Below, piece after piece: positions 1 to 13,342 of a stretch of DNA of 64,000 nt. A program made the position numbers and the translations under genes. Origin of the DNA: Marsupella aquatica (Eukaryota; Plantae; Marchantiophyta); contig OZ316893.1 in assembly GCA_973895155.1 (NCBI GenBank), forward strand, positions 13,346,359-13,410,358, given 5' to 3'. Position 1 is the stretch's first letter. Each line of letters begins with the position of its first letter. A model generated the notes under the pieces. The model saw only the letters and a list, made by a program, of their open reading frames with translations, ran no database searches and was not told the origin of the DNA.

Positions 1-112
1 GTGCAAATTTCATGCTTGTCGACCGTTTCAGGTGCACGTAAATATTAAATCATGTGAAAAATGCTTTCACCAGAAAAATCGTCCACTACAAAATCTTCGT
101 GATGTGTTGCAA

Positions 113-868
113 CTAGAACACCTGCCTCACGTTTATATTGATCCGAGACCTTTCGATGTAGTCCAAGAAAGAGCCCGCAGTGACTTGATCAACATTGAGA
201 TGAGTCGAAAAATCAGGTACTTCTGACTCGAAAATGCAAAGGAACACCTGAAAGTTTACCAAAAACGTTACTCTAGATTAATTCATTAAAGTCAAGAAAC
301 CAACTTAGACAAAGCATTAATTAATGACAAAAGTGTATTGCAGGACTACAGGGTACTCGTCAGTTCTACTCGTGTTAAGGAAAATGAAGTGACTCATGGG
401 CACTCCGCATCTCTAATTAAGTAAAATAGGTACAGGCTACTACTCGAAGTTTTGTTTGAGACTAGAGCTTCAACAAAGACTGAACGATGAACGAGATGGA
501 TTTTCTAGTATTACCATGAAAACAACGCCTTGCGGGACCAGCCATGAGCACAACATCCCCACTACGGAGGAACATGGCGAGAGGAGCATCCTCCTTAGAC
601 GTGCCTCCAAGTAAAAACACAGCTTTGCATCCTAAGCTGAAACGATTACAAAGAAATGGAGGGTTTGTTGAGTTAATCCAAATGTATAAAGTAAGAGGAC
701 AGCTCCAACGATGGACAAAACAGACGCAACCAATCAGCCGCAAACACGGGCAAGCACGGATCAAGAATTACAGATAGTATAAAAGTTTGCTTCGGACCTG
801 ATGCTAACAATAGGCTTGCGCCAGTCAGCTTCCATACATGTCATCTATATGGCCCCCTAGCATGTCAC
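113..868 (-). pseudogene. 3' fragment (last three exons) of an ALKBH1/AlkB-type 2OG-Fe(II) dioxygenase, with two frameshifts
   Basis: GT-AG bounded exons at 868-798 (DMLGGHIDDM..EADWRKPIVSIS), 636-515 (LGCKAVFLLGG...FLRSGDVVLMAGPARRCFHG) and 247-113 (VP..IF...SRININVRQVF*). These carry the HxD...H...RxxxxxR motifs. A 4-nt insertion (GACATG-TATG-GAA) and a 1-nt insertion (CCT-T-TGC) break the frame. No 5' exons were found upstream. Confidence 0.85.
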
Positions 869-3019
869 CTGCGAAGGAAAGAGGTCAAGAGTGAAGGGAC
901 CACACTGTCGAATAGAGACGACAGATCATCGAGAGTAACAGGCCCAGACAAAACAATTGACTTTATAAGGGCTAAGGAGGGTCCAACAATAGGACCATAG
1001 AAAAACCTTCTATTCGTTTGCCTGAAGTAATCTACCAACCAATTACACGCATGTCAAGGGACCTGAGCAGTAGAAGTGTTGGCCTAAAGGTCGGTCAAGA
1101 GCGTGTGGACCCAAAGAGTGAAGTGAAAGGAGCGCACCTGCTTCTAGGCCTTCATGCACAAAGGAGTTAATAGTAGGGCAATGACTGGTTCCATTGGGTA
1201 CTCTACACCCTTCACAGCTATAACTGTTAGCATCTAATTAGTGCAAGTGGGGAATTAACCTTACTAACAATAAGAGGGAAACAGGGCTTATCTACACTAG
1301 TCCATGAATATATGCTAGGGCCCAGGATTTTCATGTTGAACCTGGGGCACTCACCTTTGTTCCTTTGGACAAAAAATGCTTAAAATGCACATAGACTGAG
1401 GTTTTTTTAGCTAACACTAATTCCTGAGTGAAGCTGGAAATTTGCTTCACAATAATTAATATGAGCTTCCAATAAACCATTTTTACCTGTGACGACTTGC
1501 ATAGCAACAATAATGCTTGCATTTTAATTGTTAGCAAACCTTTAAATATTTCAAAACAAGAAATATGGGAACCTAAATCCCGGATGGACCTCAACTTTGT
1601 CTATAAATCCCAGATGGACTGGCAAAGCTTGGATAAAATTGTTTACACTTTTGACTGAAGAGTGACCTGTAAACGGTCTCCTTATCGTTCGCAGCCAGTT
1701 TCAATTACAATACTGGACCTTTCCTTGGTAACTTGACGTGACAAACTTCAACCTGAAAGACCTCAAGACATCATGCCATTACTCAGGATCCCCATGAAGT
1801 CTTGACTTTATTCTCCCCAAGGTAGTCAACGCCATCAGCCCGGCCATCAGCTGCGATCTGTGACTGGTTCCTTTTTCTTTTCCTACTCAAATGGATGTTC
1901 AGTTCTTCACAAGGCAGAGTCCAAAGATTCAGACCGCAGTATCTCATCTGGGTTACCTCACAAGATCCAAGCATTCAAACACCAAACCGGTAAACCTACT
2001 TAAGAAACAGTCAAAAGAAAGCCCTTCTCCCCTTGCTCACAAAGCAAGCCAGGGTTTTGAAAATCGTCGAGAAAACAGAAGCCACACCCATCCACAATTC
2101 TACATTCCTCACTCCCAAAACACCCACAGCTAGCTCACTCTGTTTCCCCATGGCTTCCACAGCCCCTCCCAGCACCCCCCTACTGGGGGCCCTCCCAAAA
2201 CCTTCCCCACCCCAGTTCCTACTTTTTCCAAACGAGTTAGCACAAGGGGAAAGTAATGCTAGAGGACGAGTTAGCAACCAATTTCAGTGACCACTTACTT
2301 ATGTCACAAGTTCCCATATAAAGTACTCTGGGCATATTTTATGTTTGGGTTTTTTTAGTACTTCATTAGTTCACCATAGGGGGAAATCTATGGCTCAAAA
2401 TGTAGATCTCACCAAGATTCATGTTACACAAGAAACTGCAATTAAAACTATTTGATTTTTTAAGAAGTCAACAAAAAATGTTTTAGGGAATGAGGGTCCT
2501 ATGATGGGAAGTGAGTGGGAAAGCCTATACTATTCACCTAGAAACAGGCCTTGGAAAATGAACAGTGGCGTCAGGGACGGGCCTCTGTTATAGGTGGCAG
2601 TTGTAGTTTATGCCAAAGAAACAAATAGTTGAGCCATTGTTAGTCTGTGTGCTATTATAAAAAATAAGTACTCTATGTGCAAAGCCTTGTTGCCACCTAT
2701 AGAGTGGTACAATCCTTGCCTTTAGAGTTTCACATGCCAACGTTTGAGCTCCATATATAGTTACCAAGATAATATTTTCATGGACTGAGTGGATACTATG
2801 AAGATGGAAAAGTGTAGACTTTCTTTGGTACCTACTGGCCTGAATGCCCAAGCTTTGCTCATAAATAGCTGGTGAGTACCATCTAGCCGCTTTCAGTTCC
2901 AACCCCAACCAAAGCTATGCCCCCAAATTCACGGTCTAGACCCTTCACTTAGACCCTAGGCCTCTATCTTAGCTTTTGGTCAATCTTTATTAGATAGATA
3001 GATCAAACTTCCTTTCAGT

Positions 3020-3410
3020 TGACCACCCACATGCATCACATTCACTTGGAAAATGCCTTCACTTACAAGTAGATATATATTACACTGCCAAAGAACAAAA
3101 AACATGAAAGAACAAAAACCGCCAAACTGAGTGACACCCACATGCATCACATTCAAATGGAAAATGCCTTCAATTACAAAAAAATTTCTATCAAACTACC
3201 AAAGAACAAAAATATCTACAGCCAGGATACACCCACATGCATCCCATTCACTTGGAAATTGCCTTCAATTGCAAGAAGATATATATAACGCTGCCAAAGA
3301 ATAAAAATCCCCCAATCAGGAGACACTCACATGTATCCCATTGACTTGGAAAATGCCTACACCCACATGCATCACATTCACTTGGAAAATGCAAGCACTC
3401 ACAAGTGGAT
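3020..3410. repeat. Degenerate tandem repeat with core CACCCACATGCATCACATTCACTTGGAAAATGCC
   Basis: The core recurs near 3023, 3135, 3230, 3325 and 3360, at roughly 95-110 bp spacing (last unit shorter). Confidence 0.75.
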
Positions 3411-5161
3411 ATATGAGAGTGCCAACAAAAAAAAGGTCCCAAATCTGGTGGGGACTGGAGATCAAAGGGAAAAAAACCCAGTAAAGGTAGAAAACAAAGT
3501 GGTAGCATTTGGCTGCTTGTGATGGGACTTGGTCAGAACTGATGCCAAAACAGATTGCAGATTGGTGCTACCTGACACATCCTCGTTGCTCCACTCAAAG
3601 TTTAGTTCAACAAGAAACTTTGTCATTTTCCCCTTAACGAATAATTTCCCCAAAATCATGCTGCACCTGAATATGTGGAGATATATGTAACATGCTACTT
3701 AGATTAGGCCAGATCATCGTGGTGCTGTTTAAGATTTCATTTATATTTCTTGATTGCTCGTGTCTCTGTGTGTTGAATTTGGATTCTTGGAAATCACATA
3801 TTCGATGTGTGGGTGTTGGAATGTCCTCCAGTTCTTTAGGTGTACAAAATGGCCAGATTTTTAATAACAATGCAATGCAATCATTAATAATTCGAGACAG
3901 ATCTGATGTGGTCAGATTCTGGGTTGTGTAAATACAGCTGCGAGTTTATGGTATGTTGCATGAGGCTTTCCTCTTGACAGCCATCACCTTGCATATACCC
4001 TTTTCAGCCACCACACCAGATACATGTGCTACCAACAGCCACATTATCATGATGAAGGGATCATACAATATTGGAGCAATGATATAACATGGATTTTGCA
4101 ATAAGGCAAACTAAAACCATCCTCATGGATATGCACTGTACTTCAAATGTATTTTCTATGAATGAATACAATGTGACCAATGATTGAAAATAAGTATCAC
4201 ATGATTAGCAACCATTTTAGAAGTGTGCTTTGGGCTTGTGATGTTATAAGGAACACTTCCTTTCAGAAATGAATAAGATCATCACAACTGCAGATGAAGC
4301 CCATGTATGTGCAATGCCAAGTTAATTTGCAGTGGTGGACAAACTTCAACCTACTGGGACAACCACCACTGGCTCCATTTCATTTCTTTAGTTTGCTGTG
4401 CGGGCATCTCAAAGTTCCTAAGTTCACAGCACCAAACTTTTGAGTTATGGGTTAGGGACACAATCCTTATGGACTTTGAAATCAGTGTTTGTAACTTTTT
4501 GTTCTTACCAGACCTCCATAAGACATAGCCTAAGGAAGCATCATTAGGCTAGGCACCATAAAAGGAATACTTTTCCCACTTGACTACAAGAATGTTAAGC
4601 TTCCTAGGCCAAGCACAAATAATGAAAAATCACTTGCTGACAAGGATTGCTATGGTCAGATGTTGTGACCAGAACTTGCTTGACATATGGCTCAAGGATT
4701 GAACTGATGATGTCCCTAATGAGATCTTTTCCCTGTCTACAATTCTTTTGTTATATTCTGGAAGGCTTGTGAATAAATGATGTGCTGAGTGCCAGATTAG
4801 ACAACACATGATGGGCTCAGTTCTTTCTTTACTGGGTTTCTGATTTAACACTTCAAAATCAAGATTACTCTAATGGCTCCACTAGAATTGGGCCCCTTTC
4901 AGAATACCGTCTGTTACAGGTTAGGAAATTGATCTTGAGAGAAAGTAATGTACAGACACTGGACTCCGCATTTGTGAAGCTGATCGTTGTGAGAAAACTG
5001 TGTCAGCATAAGCATGCTGACTGCTGAAAGAATCCAGTAGGAATCCGTCTGGACGCTGACCTCAACCGTAGCTACTGCAAGAATTACTTCACATCGTTGA
5101 CCTCAATGCTTCGGTCATGTGTCAAGGGAGTGCCCAGGAAAGAATAGATTACTTACAATTA

Positions 5162-8100
5162 CTACATTCTAGAAGATTCTGAACCTTCAGAGTTCCAAAG
5201 TGCGGTAATAGATGGCATTGCAACCCAATGCTGTTCCAAAGCTGACAACCCCTCTTCATAGGACAATGCTCTGAAGCGAACTTCTCCTTCATTTGAATTG
5301 GCTTTTGACGTCTCGTTAGCATGAACAATGAGACCAAATTTAAGTAGTGTGCTCACAGCACTATCAACGGGCATCTCAACCTGTTCATCATCAGAAAGTA
5401 ACAATATTAACCATAGGGAGGACTTCTTTATCCCAATACGAATCGTTACAAATTTACCACTGATTCACTGGTCTGTTTCAAGATCAATCAAGACCACAAG
5501 GTAACTGTTGCACAAAGCGAAACGAATGGACCTACACATGAGAAAGAAGTACCTACCTGCTCCCTGCATCTGTAGTAGAGGATTCGCTCACAAGAATCTG
5601 TAAGCTGCTTTGTTGTCATTCCCTGAGCATAAAAGCAGAAAGTTTAAGCAATTAAAATTCCGAGCCTGGGCAGGATTCGTTTACTTCGCAATTGTTAAGC
5701 TAAAATTTGAAAGGCTTTCTGCACTTCATTAAGGCCACTTATTATCAAAGTTTTCTCAGGACCTGAGTAGCGCATTTCAGTGCATCTATACTGCAGCTGG
5801 AATCAAATTAACTTCAAATACGTACTTCAGCTTTTCCTTGACGTACGAGGACTGTGAAAACAAGTATTGCCTCCTTGAACTGCGAACAATATATATCATT
5901 CCGTGGATAAATTGAAGTATGGTACGAACGAACCATTCAGCTTGTACGTGTAAAGGAAAATGCGATTATCATGTATTGAGCAACAATTAGATCGGAGTGG
6001 ATAACTTGCCGAGGGTATTTAGAAAGGTATTTACCTGTTGCTCTTCAGATTCATCTAGTAAGAACTGAACAACTCCAAATCCCTTTGCCCCAGTCTTCTG
6101 GTACAAGGTTTTGTTTACAAGAAGCTTTGCCACAGACATTTGCAACATGAAACCGTATTAAAGTAAACCTTTTCCTCCCAGTTTTCTTGCACCTATTGCA
6201 TAAAAACAAGTTACTGCCGTTCCTGTTAGGCAACCAAAAGTTCTATAACAGCAAGCCTAAAATCAAGCTATTCCAGGTAGTAGGGCTATAGACCTCGGGG
6301 GAATTAAGACATGCTACTTAAAATGGAGAAGATTTCCTACAATCTGTCTTGAACCTTGTCTACTAATCAGGCACTGTAGTCCTCTCACCTGAAATCGATC
6401 CCAAACTTGTTTATAGCCAAAACCAACTCGAGTCACGAGGACTATAAGAGCTGACGCTGCAATAATATCAAGCACAAACGCAGACCTGTGCAAATCACTC
6501 CCCAGAGAGACAAAAGAGTCAAGTGCTGATCTAGACTCTTGAAATCCACAATACCACTTAGCTTGTCTCGCATAATGGATTGTCATTATGCGAGACTAAA
6601 ACAATTGCTGGAACTGAGCTTGTGTTCATAACTTACAAAGTCAGTAAAACTTACGGTGAGCTCAAAAAATTATCGAAGTGGTAGTTCACTAAGAATGCCA
6701 GAACACCTGCTATTGAAGTGACATCAAGCCGCAACTGGAAGGTGACAATGAAGATATATCCAAGTTAGGATTGAGGTGTGACCATCACTCTTACACGAAT
6801 CGTATCCACAACATAGCTTCTATCATACCAAAGTCATCGAACATGTCCCGGCTCTAGGTCTTGTTTTCTGCTATCTGTCTAGTGAAGTTGATGGCTCTCA
6901 TTATGATGAAGGGAGCTACGACAGTTCCACGAACAGACGTTTCTTTTATGGAATAAAGAAGATCAGTTCATCCCCACAATGGCCATTCTTGTTAATTTCA
7001 GTTTAGCAGACCTGATTGGCCAGAACCTTTCCTTGCGAAAGACTGAAAGGAAAGTCAAGAACCGCATATAGCCTACAAACTTGACAGAACACAATGCTTC
7101 GTCAAAGTACACGGACTTCAACCTCACAGACTGTGACTCAGTTTGGCTAAGTCATCGGTATAAGCACGTACGGTGTCAAGGACCCGGAACCTCAGTTTCT
7201 TGCTTGGAAAAACTATCTGCAAAACAGTAACAAACAATATTTAAGTTCCTGTCCAACGACCCGGAACGCTTGAGCCTTCACTCGTTCTGTAAAGTTCGAA
7301 TGTAGAATCATGGGCAACCCCCTCTCATTGTCCACAGAAGAAAAAACAATCAGTGATGAAGTTCTCCCATCAAATCCTACTTCCTGAGCAGAAGTGCCAG
7401 AGCAGTTGGATACTAATTTGACTACAAACCATATCGAGATATTTGTACAGAATTAGATAGACTTGGGTGACCTGAATCGCTGTTCATTAGGTGTTTTAAG
7501 AGTGCTGACTGCAAACTACGACGTATTCCTTAAGTGGAGCGTAGGAGTGGACACCTTGATCATGACAGTAATTTTAGAAGATTCACGAAGAGGTAACCAT
7601 GTTACCTTAAGATCCGGAAGTGGAATTCTGTAATATGTTTGAAGTTGGAGGCCAGCCTCTATGGAATCTTCTTTAGCATCCATATTGTAAAGTAATACTA
7701 GCTCTTTAAACGCAGGTTCCTGTACAGTATTGAAAGATCACGGATGGGTTTTTAAACGAAGTTACCATAATAAACGCCTGCAGTCAATGAATCACAAAAC
7801 CAAAAGGTCTGGAAATTATCGAATAAGGAACTTCAGGCAGACAAAGAATTGTATGTCCTTGTAATAGACGGGTTTTCTTGCATACGCATCTCTTGAAAAA
7901 CATTTGCAAACACTAACAGAATATTGGTTGCCAGTGAGAAGTTGGAACATAGACTGACTTGTAGTGTTACTCGTGAGAAGAAGACTGAAAAGGCCGCAGT
8001 AATCCTCTTAAAAACATTCCCTCCAGCAACAGCTTTAGATGCTGGCAGCCAAATGTCCTTCATCGAAACCCTTGATAGATGATTAGGCCTGTTGAAAGAT

Positions 8101-11100
8101 ATGTGACCAACATCCCTCAGTGTATCCAGTAAAGTGCACAAAACACTGTAACAGAGTTGGAGACGTGCCAATTAAAACGAGTGAGGATAGAAGGACTAAG
8201 AGAGAGAGTATACCGCAAGTGAGGTTCCAAAACAACATCATCTGCGTCTGGAAGTGTTTGAGGTGGGGTTTCCATTTGCAAGAGTCCCATGCGCACTAAT
8301 ATGCGGCGGATGAGTAGTCCACGAGATCCTGCCGAGGAAAGAATAGCTTCATAGCGAGGTATGGCCTGCCGACCAGCCAACCAAATAGGCATGTCCAATT
8401 GAGCTTCCTTGTCATACTTAATTGCTTCATGATCACTTGGATTTTCAGTGGCATCAAGAGGTTCTTCGTTCTCTAGCTGCAGAGGTTCTTGAAGCCAACT
8501 GCTGACTGATTCCGCCAACTCCCTGCCTTCCTTATCTTCCCAGAGAGAATTCCATTTCTGCACAAATGATGGAAAGGAATAATCTGCCTCAGGAAAAACT
8601 ACTACAGAGGCTAGTGTTAATTTTTTCTTAAATATATTATCTTCATACACACATATTAGCATCATAGAACAAAGAACATACTCTCTCCTGGTTCTGTATG
8701 GTGAACATGAATCGTCACGAAAGAATGCGAGTATCTGATTGACTGTTTTGGATAGCTTCCAAGTTGAGTCGAGGACAACCCTGCCATCTTTCTGTTACAC
8801 CTAGAAAATTTCTACACGAATGTTCCACATAGCTAACATCTACTGACAGTCTCAGAGACCATTGAAGAGAAAGAACGTTGACGACTAATTAATTATACTG
8901 ACTGCCCATCCATGCTCTTGCCTGCAGATCTGAAGTTCAAACATTTTCATTTCTGGAATTTATCAACCGACTCCTGGTGAGCATATGCATCCAAATGTTT
9001 GAATCCTGACACTATCGGATTACAGGTAGAGAATGTACTTGAATACACCAACCACCTGCATTCAACAGTGGCCCTGTTAATCCTTTAAATGATTGTCGCA
9101 GAACGAGAGACTGCAGGTAGTCAAACTTTTCTCCAAGGAGCAAGCCCTTTTGTTCCTCCTTCGTGTATCCCCGTCTGCACTAGACACCCGTTTTATAAGT
9201 ACGCCTCGCCTTAAAGCTTGTCGTACCACCTTCATCCCAATCCTTCCCTGTCTTACAAAACACTTCTCCAATCTGTTACCGGAGAACATTGACCACAAGG
9301 TACCTGAACTATATTCCAATTATTTCAGAGGCGGCCACCCGTTCTAAATTTTGTTTGCATGATACTACATTCAACAACCATCCTTGTGGTTTATTCACCT
9401 AAAAACCTTAACGTTGGAAGAAGATGTGAGTTTCCAATCAACATCCACCGGAGTAGACAGCAGGTAGTCGGAGTTGAGTGCAGCTGTTAACTCCAAATCA
9501 CGAATAGAAATGCCTTCAAACTCAGCACGTCTTAATAGCCGCACAAAATTTTTCTGGAATCGCTCTGCAGCTGCTTCACTGAGACGCATTATCACAGTTT
9601 TCAAGTTATTTTTGGCTCGTCTAACCAGGCAAGGAGTAATAAGATCTATTTTTTACAGAATCGATACCCCAGAAAAATTGACTCATTCACAGATTTTGAT
9701 TTCTTTTACGAATTGAAAACCTGAAAGTACCGTAATATCATCTGTGGAGTCTGCAGAGCTGTAAGGTTCCAATCTATCCTTCAGTAAAACATTTTGAGTT
9801 ACTGTCAAAAATGAAAGAGCTAAATAGGAATAATAAATAAAGGAGAACTACTCTTGGAAAATCACCTTATTTCGACATCGCTGGTGGGGCTTGAAGAGTC
9901 TACTTTGATATTGCCATCTATGTCGGCATATCTCCTGCTTTGGCGGTTTACGGCAGTCATGAATTTGGTCCCCAGATCTGTCAAAAGTTTCATGGAATAC
10001 TGCTTTACTCCTTCGAAAAAGTCACCCTCAATATCTGATGAATCTATGAGCCAATCGGCTTGTTCACCGATGATTTCGTGCTTTTGTGCACGTTCAGTGC
10101 TAACAGTGCCCAACTTCGTGAAGTTCGTAGCACCCTTCGCTGTGAGAACCTTGCTGCCATCCTGAACAGAGTGAGCCAGCCTGTAGTCCGATCGCAGCTC
10201 CTCGAGCAGAATCTTATGCTCAGCGTGCAAAATTATCTCCAGGTATCTGTGGGGAAAGACATCGCTAGTTAAATTCCTACTAGTGTCCCAGCAACGAGTT
10301 CCAAAAAATCAAATTAAGTTTGAATAACCATTCATGTCGAATCAATGCAACAATTAAAGTCCAAAGTAGCTAAGGAACCAAACGCGGCCAGCTCATTCTA
10401 AGCTTTAAATCAACTTAAACTCTCGGCCAAGGGATGCTATGCAGTGATTGCATGAAGCTGGGTGATCTTTCAAACAAGACCCTACATTCCTAAGAATTTC
10501 AATTATTTTTCATTTTTGAATGTACTTAGCCCTGCTCTGATGGAAAGAATGTGTCTTTTGAAACGTTTATGTATCTTTCCTGCCATTACCTCCAAGCCAG
10601 GGACCCCTTGAATGTACCTCCCATAGTTAATATTTTATGAGTAATGGCTATCCAATTCAATTCTAGCGCACTTGTGGACCATTATCGGGAGCCGATGCTA
10701 GGGGTCATGCCTATTCCTACTTGGAAATGGAAAAACCTTTCACAGCAGGAATTTAATCTAATGACTTTTAGAATCCACGCAACTCTAACAACAGATGTCT
10801 TCCCCAGTGACTTACGAGCATATTGAAAGAAATTTCGAAGAATCCTTGTTCGCAGGGAAGAACAACAACAGCAGAGCATTGACAAGATCCACCTTGGGAA
10901 CAGGTATATATCTTTGTCTGGGAACAGAAATTCTTGTCACATATTCAATTTCTTCCTCCCAATCTCCTCCGCTACCATAATCCTGCAGCTCTTCAGGTGG
11001 CGTACCGCCTGTTTCCACAGCATTAGAACCTTCATTGAATTCGTCTGAAAGTACTGAGGGACTATTATTTGGGGGACTCCAGGCGGACTCTGTCCCATCG

Positions 11101-11612
11101 GGTTCCATAATCATCTTCTCCGTTGACGAAACGGAGTCGACCTGCGCTGCATTTCCGCCAGCAGGGGATGGATTGCCTGTGAGCGATTCGAGCTTCTTCT
11201 GCTTCAGGTTTTTATCAGGACCATATGACTTTTCTGCTCCTTCTACTGAATGAACTCTGCAACATATTGTAGAAGGAGCCCTCCTCAGTGCCTGGTCCGC
11301 CATAAAGCGGCACGGAGTCTCATGAAATAAATGTCCACATTGGCACATGACACCTTGCTGTGTGAATGACCTCCTGCAGGATCCGCAATGTCGTCCAGAC
11401 ACTGCTCGATATCCGCGAAAGGAAATCTTCACGGGACTCTTCAAGGTCTCGAAATTGTCCGCCAAGGGCCCCCCAAGTGGCAGCCGTAATTGCACTCGGG
11501 ATACATTCCCGAAAAAAAATCCCGAGCTCCTCAAGCAGACATAATTTGGCTTTAAATCTCCACTATCATCACGTGCAGCGACACAAGAGAGCATCCGGAC
11601 GGCACCGGCCAT
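5162..11612 (-). CDS. DUF3754 (TMEM143-like) family protein, about 14-15 exons, with a possible N-terminal plastid transit peptide
   Basis: Exon 1 is 11612-10816 (..VPRQRYIPVPKVDLV..) and exon 2 is 10246 to about 9866 (LHAEHKILLEELRSDY). Later exons encode FQKNF..LNSDYLL, RRGYTKEEQKGLLLGEKFDYLQS, EPAFKELVLLY..IPLPDLK, IVFPSKKLRFRVLDT, LRLDV.., YKQVWDRFQ, LLVNKTLYQKT..LLDESEEQQ and FKEAILV. The last exon is 5380-5162. GT-AG junctions were checked for most exons; the small exon near 9730-9800 is unresolved. Confidence 0.88.
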
Positions 11613-11839
11613 CGTGCAAGTGGCTTGTTCTTGCTGTTGCCGCGGACAGGAGCAGGATTCTTTTTCTCACACGCCCGCAAGAGCAAGAGGAGGAGCTCAA
11701 TTACCGGGGAAGCGCCTCCGAGAGCCCCTCGCGGCCGCTGCGAATCGGGTCACCAGGTCTGTAGTAATTGCGATGACTTGAAACATGATTGCTCCAGAAT
11801 TGGGCTCCAACAATCGTTTCACACCTCCGACTCCATTCG

Positions 11840-12098
11840 TTCACTGTTCTTTCCCTTCTCGAGTGACATTCGACTCCAAAAATTCGCTAAAGAAAGGCAG
11901 TGAAGGGCAAGTTTAAACCTGAACCTCAATACGTCTGTTTTCCAACCATTCTTGTTTGCACACTGCTTCTGTTCACTACTCTTTCCCTTCTCGCGTGGGA
12001 TTCAACTCTAAAGAATGCGCCAGAGAAGAGGCAGTGGACGACAAAGTATAAACCTGAGTCTGAATACTTCTGTTTACAAATCATTCCTGTTTGCACAC
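11840..12098. repeat. Diverged direct tandem duplication, about 132 bp, upstream of the DUF3754 gene
   Basis: TTCACT..CTTTCCCTTCTCG...AGGCAGTG...TAAACCTGA...GTTTGCACACT occurs at about 11840-11964 and 11972-12098. Confidence 0.75.
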
Positions 12099-12289
12099 TA
12101 CAAGGAGTCCAGGCCGTTGAATTGTGACTGGGGCAAAATTGTCACTGAGTTCAGGAGTGGAGAAGAGTTTTCTCATCACAGACCGATCAGCAGCTGAGGA
12201 CGAAACACTGCATTTCCACATTTCGTCTCTCCATCTCTCACATCACATCAGTAGTGCCGTTTCTGTGAAGCGATTCAAGTCCGCTCGAT

Positions 12290-12560
12290 GAATTCCCCAT
12301 CATGGCAATTCTACATCCACGAAAGTAATCAAATTGTCCAACGTACAAGCTTGAATTACAAGCTCAGTGAAGCTTCTTCTGGAGTGGCACTTTCCATGGA
12401 TGAGAAAAAGGAGACAGCCAATGTGGGAGGTGGTTCAAATTGGACGACATGGGTGTTCTCTCAATCAATTTGAGCATTTGGGTCATGAGAAGGTAGCAAA
12501 TTTAGTGTATGTTCGTGCAAGAATTGTGCTCTGGCAGCACTGCAACATCGACCATTCTCG
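12290..12560 (+). mobile_element. Degenerate hAT transposase C-terminal (dimerization domain) remnant
   Basis: The frameshifted peptides ..GSNWTTW.. and ..HLGHEKVANLVYVR.. resemble the hAT 'ERNWS....RNRL..EK..DLVYV' pattern. Confidence 0.45.
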
Positions 12561-13342
12561 GTTCGCTGGCCCCGTGCATGAGGTTCCTTCAGTTGCTTGA
12601 AGATCGAGCCCCACGTGTACTAGTGAGCAACGAACAGGGGAATTGCCTACTTCTGCACTCTTTTTCACTCTAGTCACAAGTCTTATTTAATTCATACATT
12701 TGACAGGATTAGAGTTATACCTTAAAACCACCACTACCTGGTAGCCCTGTATAAGAGCATTCCCAGAGCATTCCAAAGAGCATTCCCAGAGCATTCACAC
12801 CAGCCACTCATTAAACCACCACTAACCATGACAAAACATTGGTTACACCAAGTTCCACCATACATAGTATCATTTGGTGAATTTGTGAAGTAACATGTGT
12901 AGACTTTGTGGTAGCTCACTTGAGCAGGGACTGATAGGTCTTGGGTTCAACTATTGTGACGGACTCTTCCCTTTCTGTGGGGTTTCACAAATTTCCCCTT
13001 ACAAAAAAAACCAACCAAAAAAAAAGGTCTCTACAAGACCAAAAAAAATTCATTAAACCACCAGCCATGACAAAAACCTGGTTACACCATAAATAGTGTC
13101 ATTTCCTGAATTTGTGGAGTAAAATGGAATGGAAGAGAAAAATGAGAGGATAGCGAAAAGGGAGAAATCTTGGACACTTCCCTTTTCATATGGCTAGTGG
13201 CGGTTTAAAAACCTGGTTGGGTAAACAGGAACATGACAGTCTGGCATGACCATATCCGTATGGGGTGAGCCGTGCAACACAAACCCCCACTTGTTCCACT
13301 ACCCAAGCCTGTAGAATGCAAGTGACCATGGTACCCACCCAA

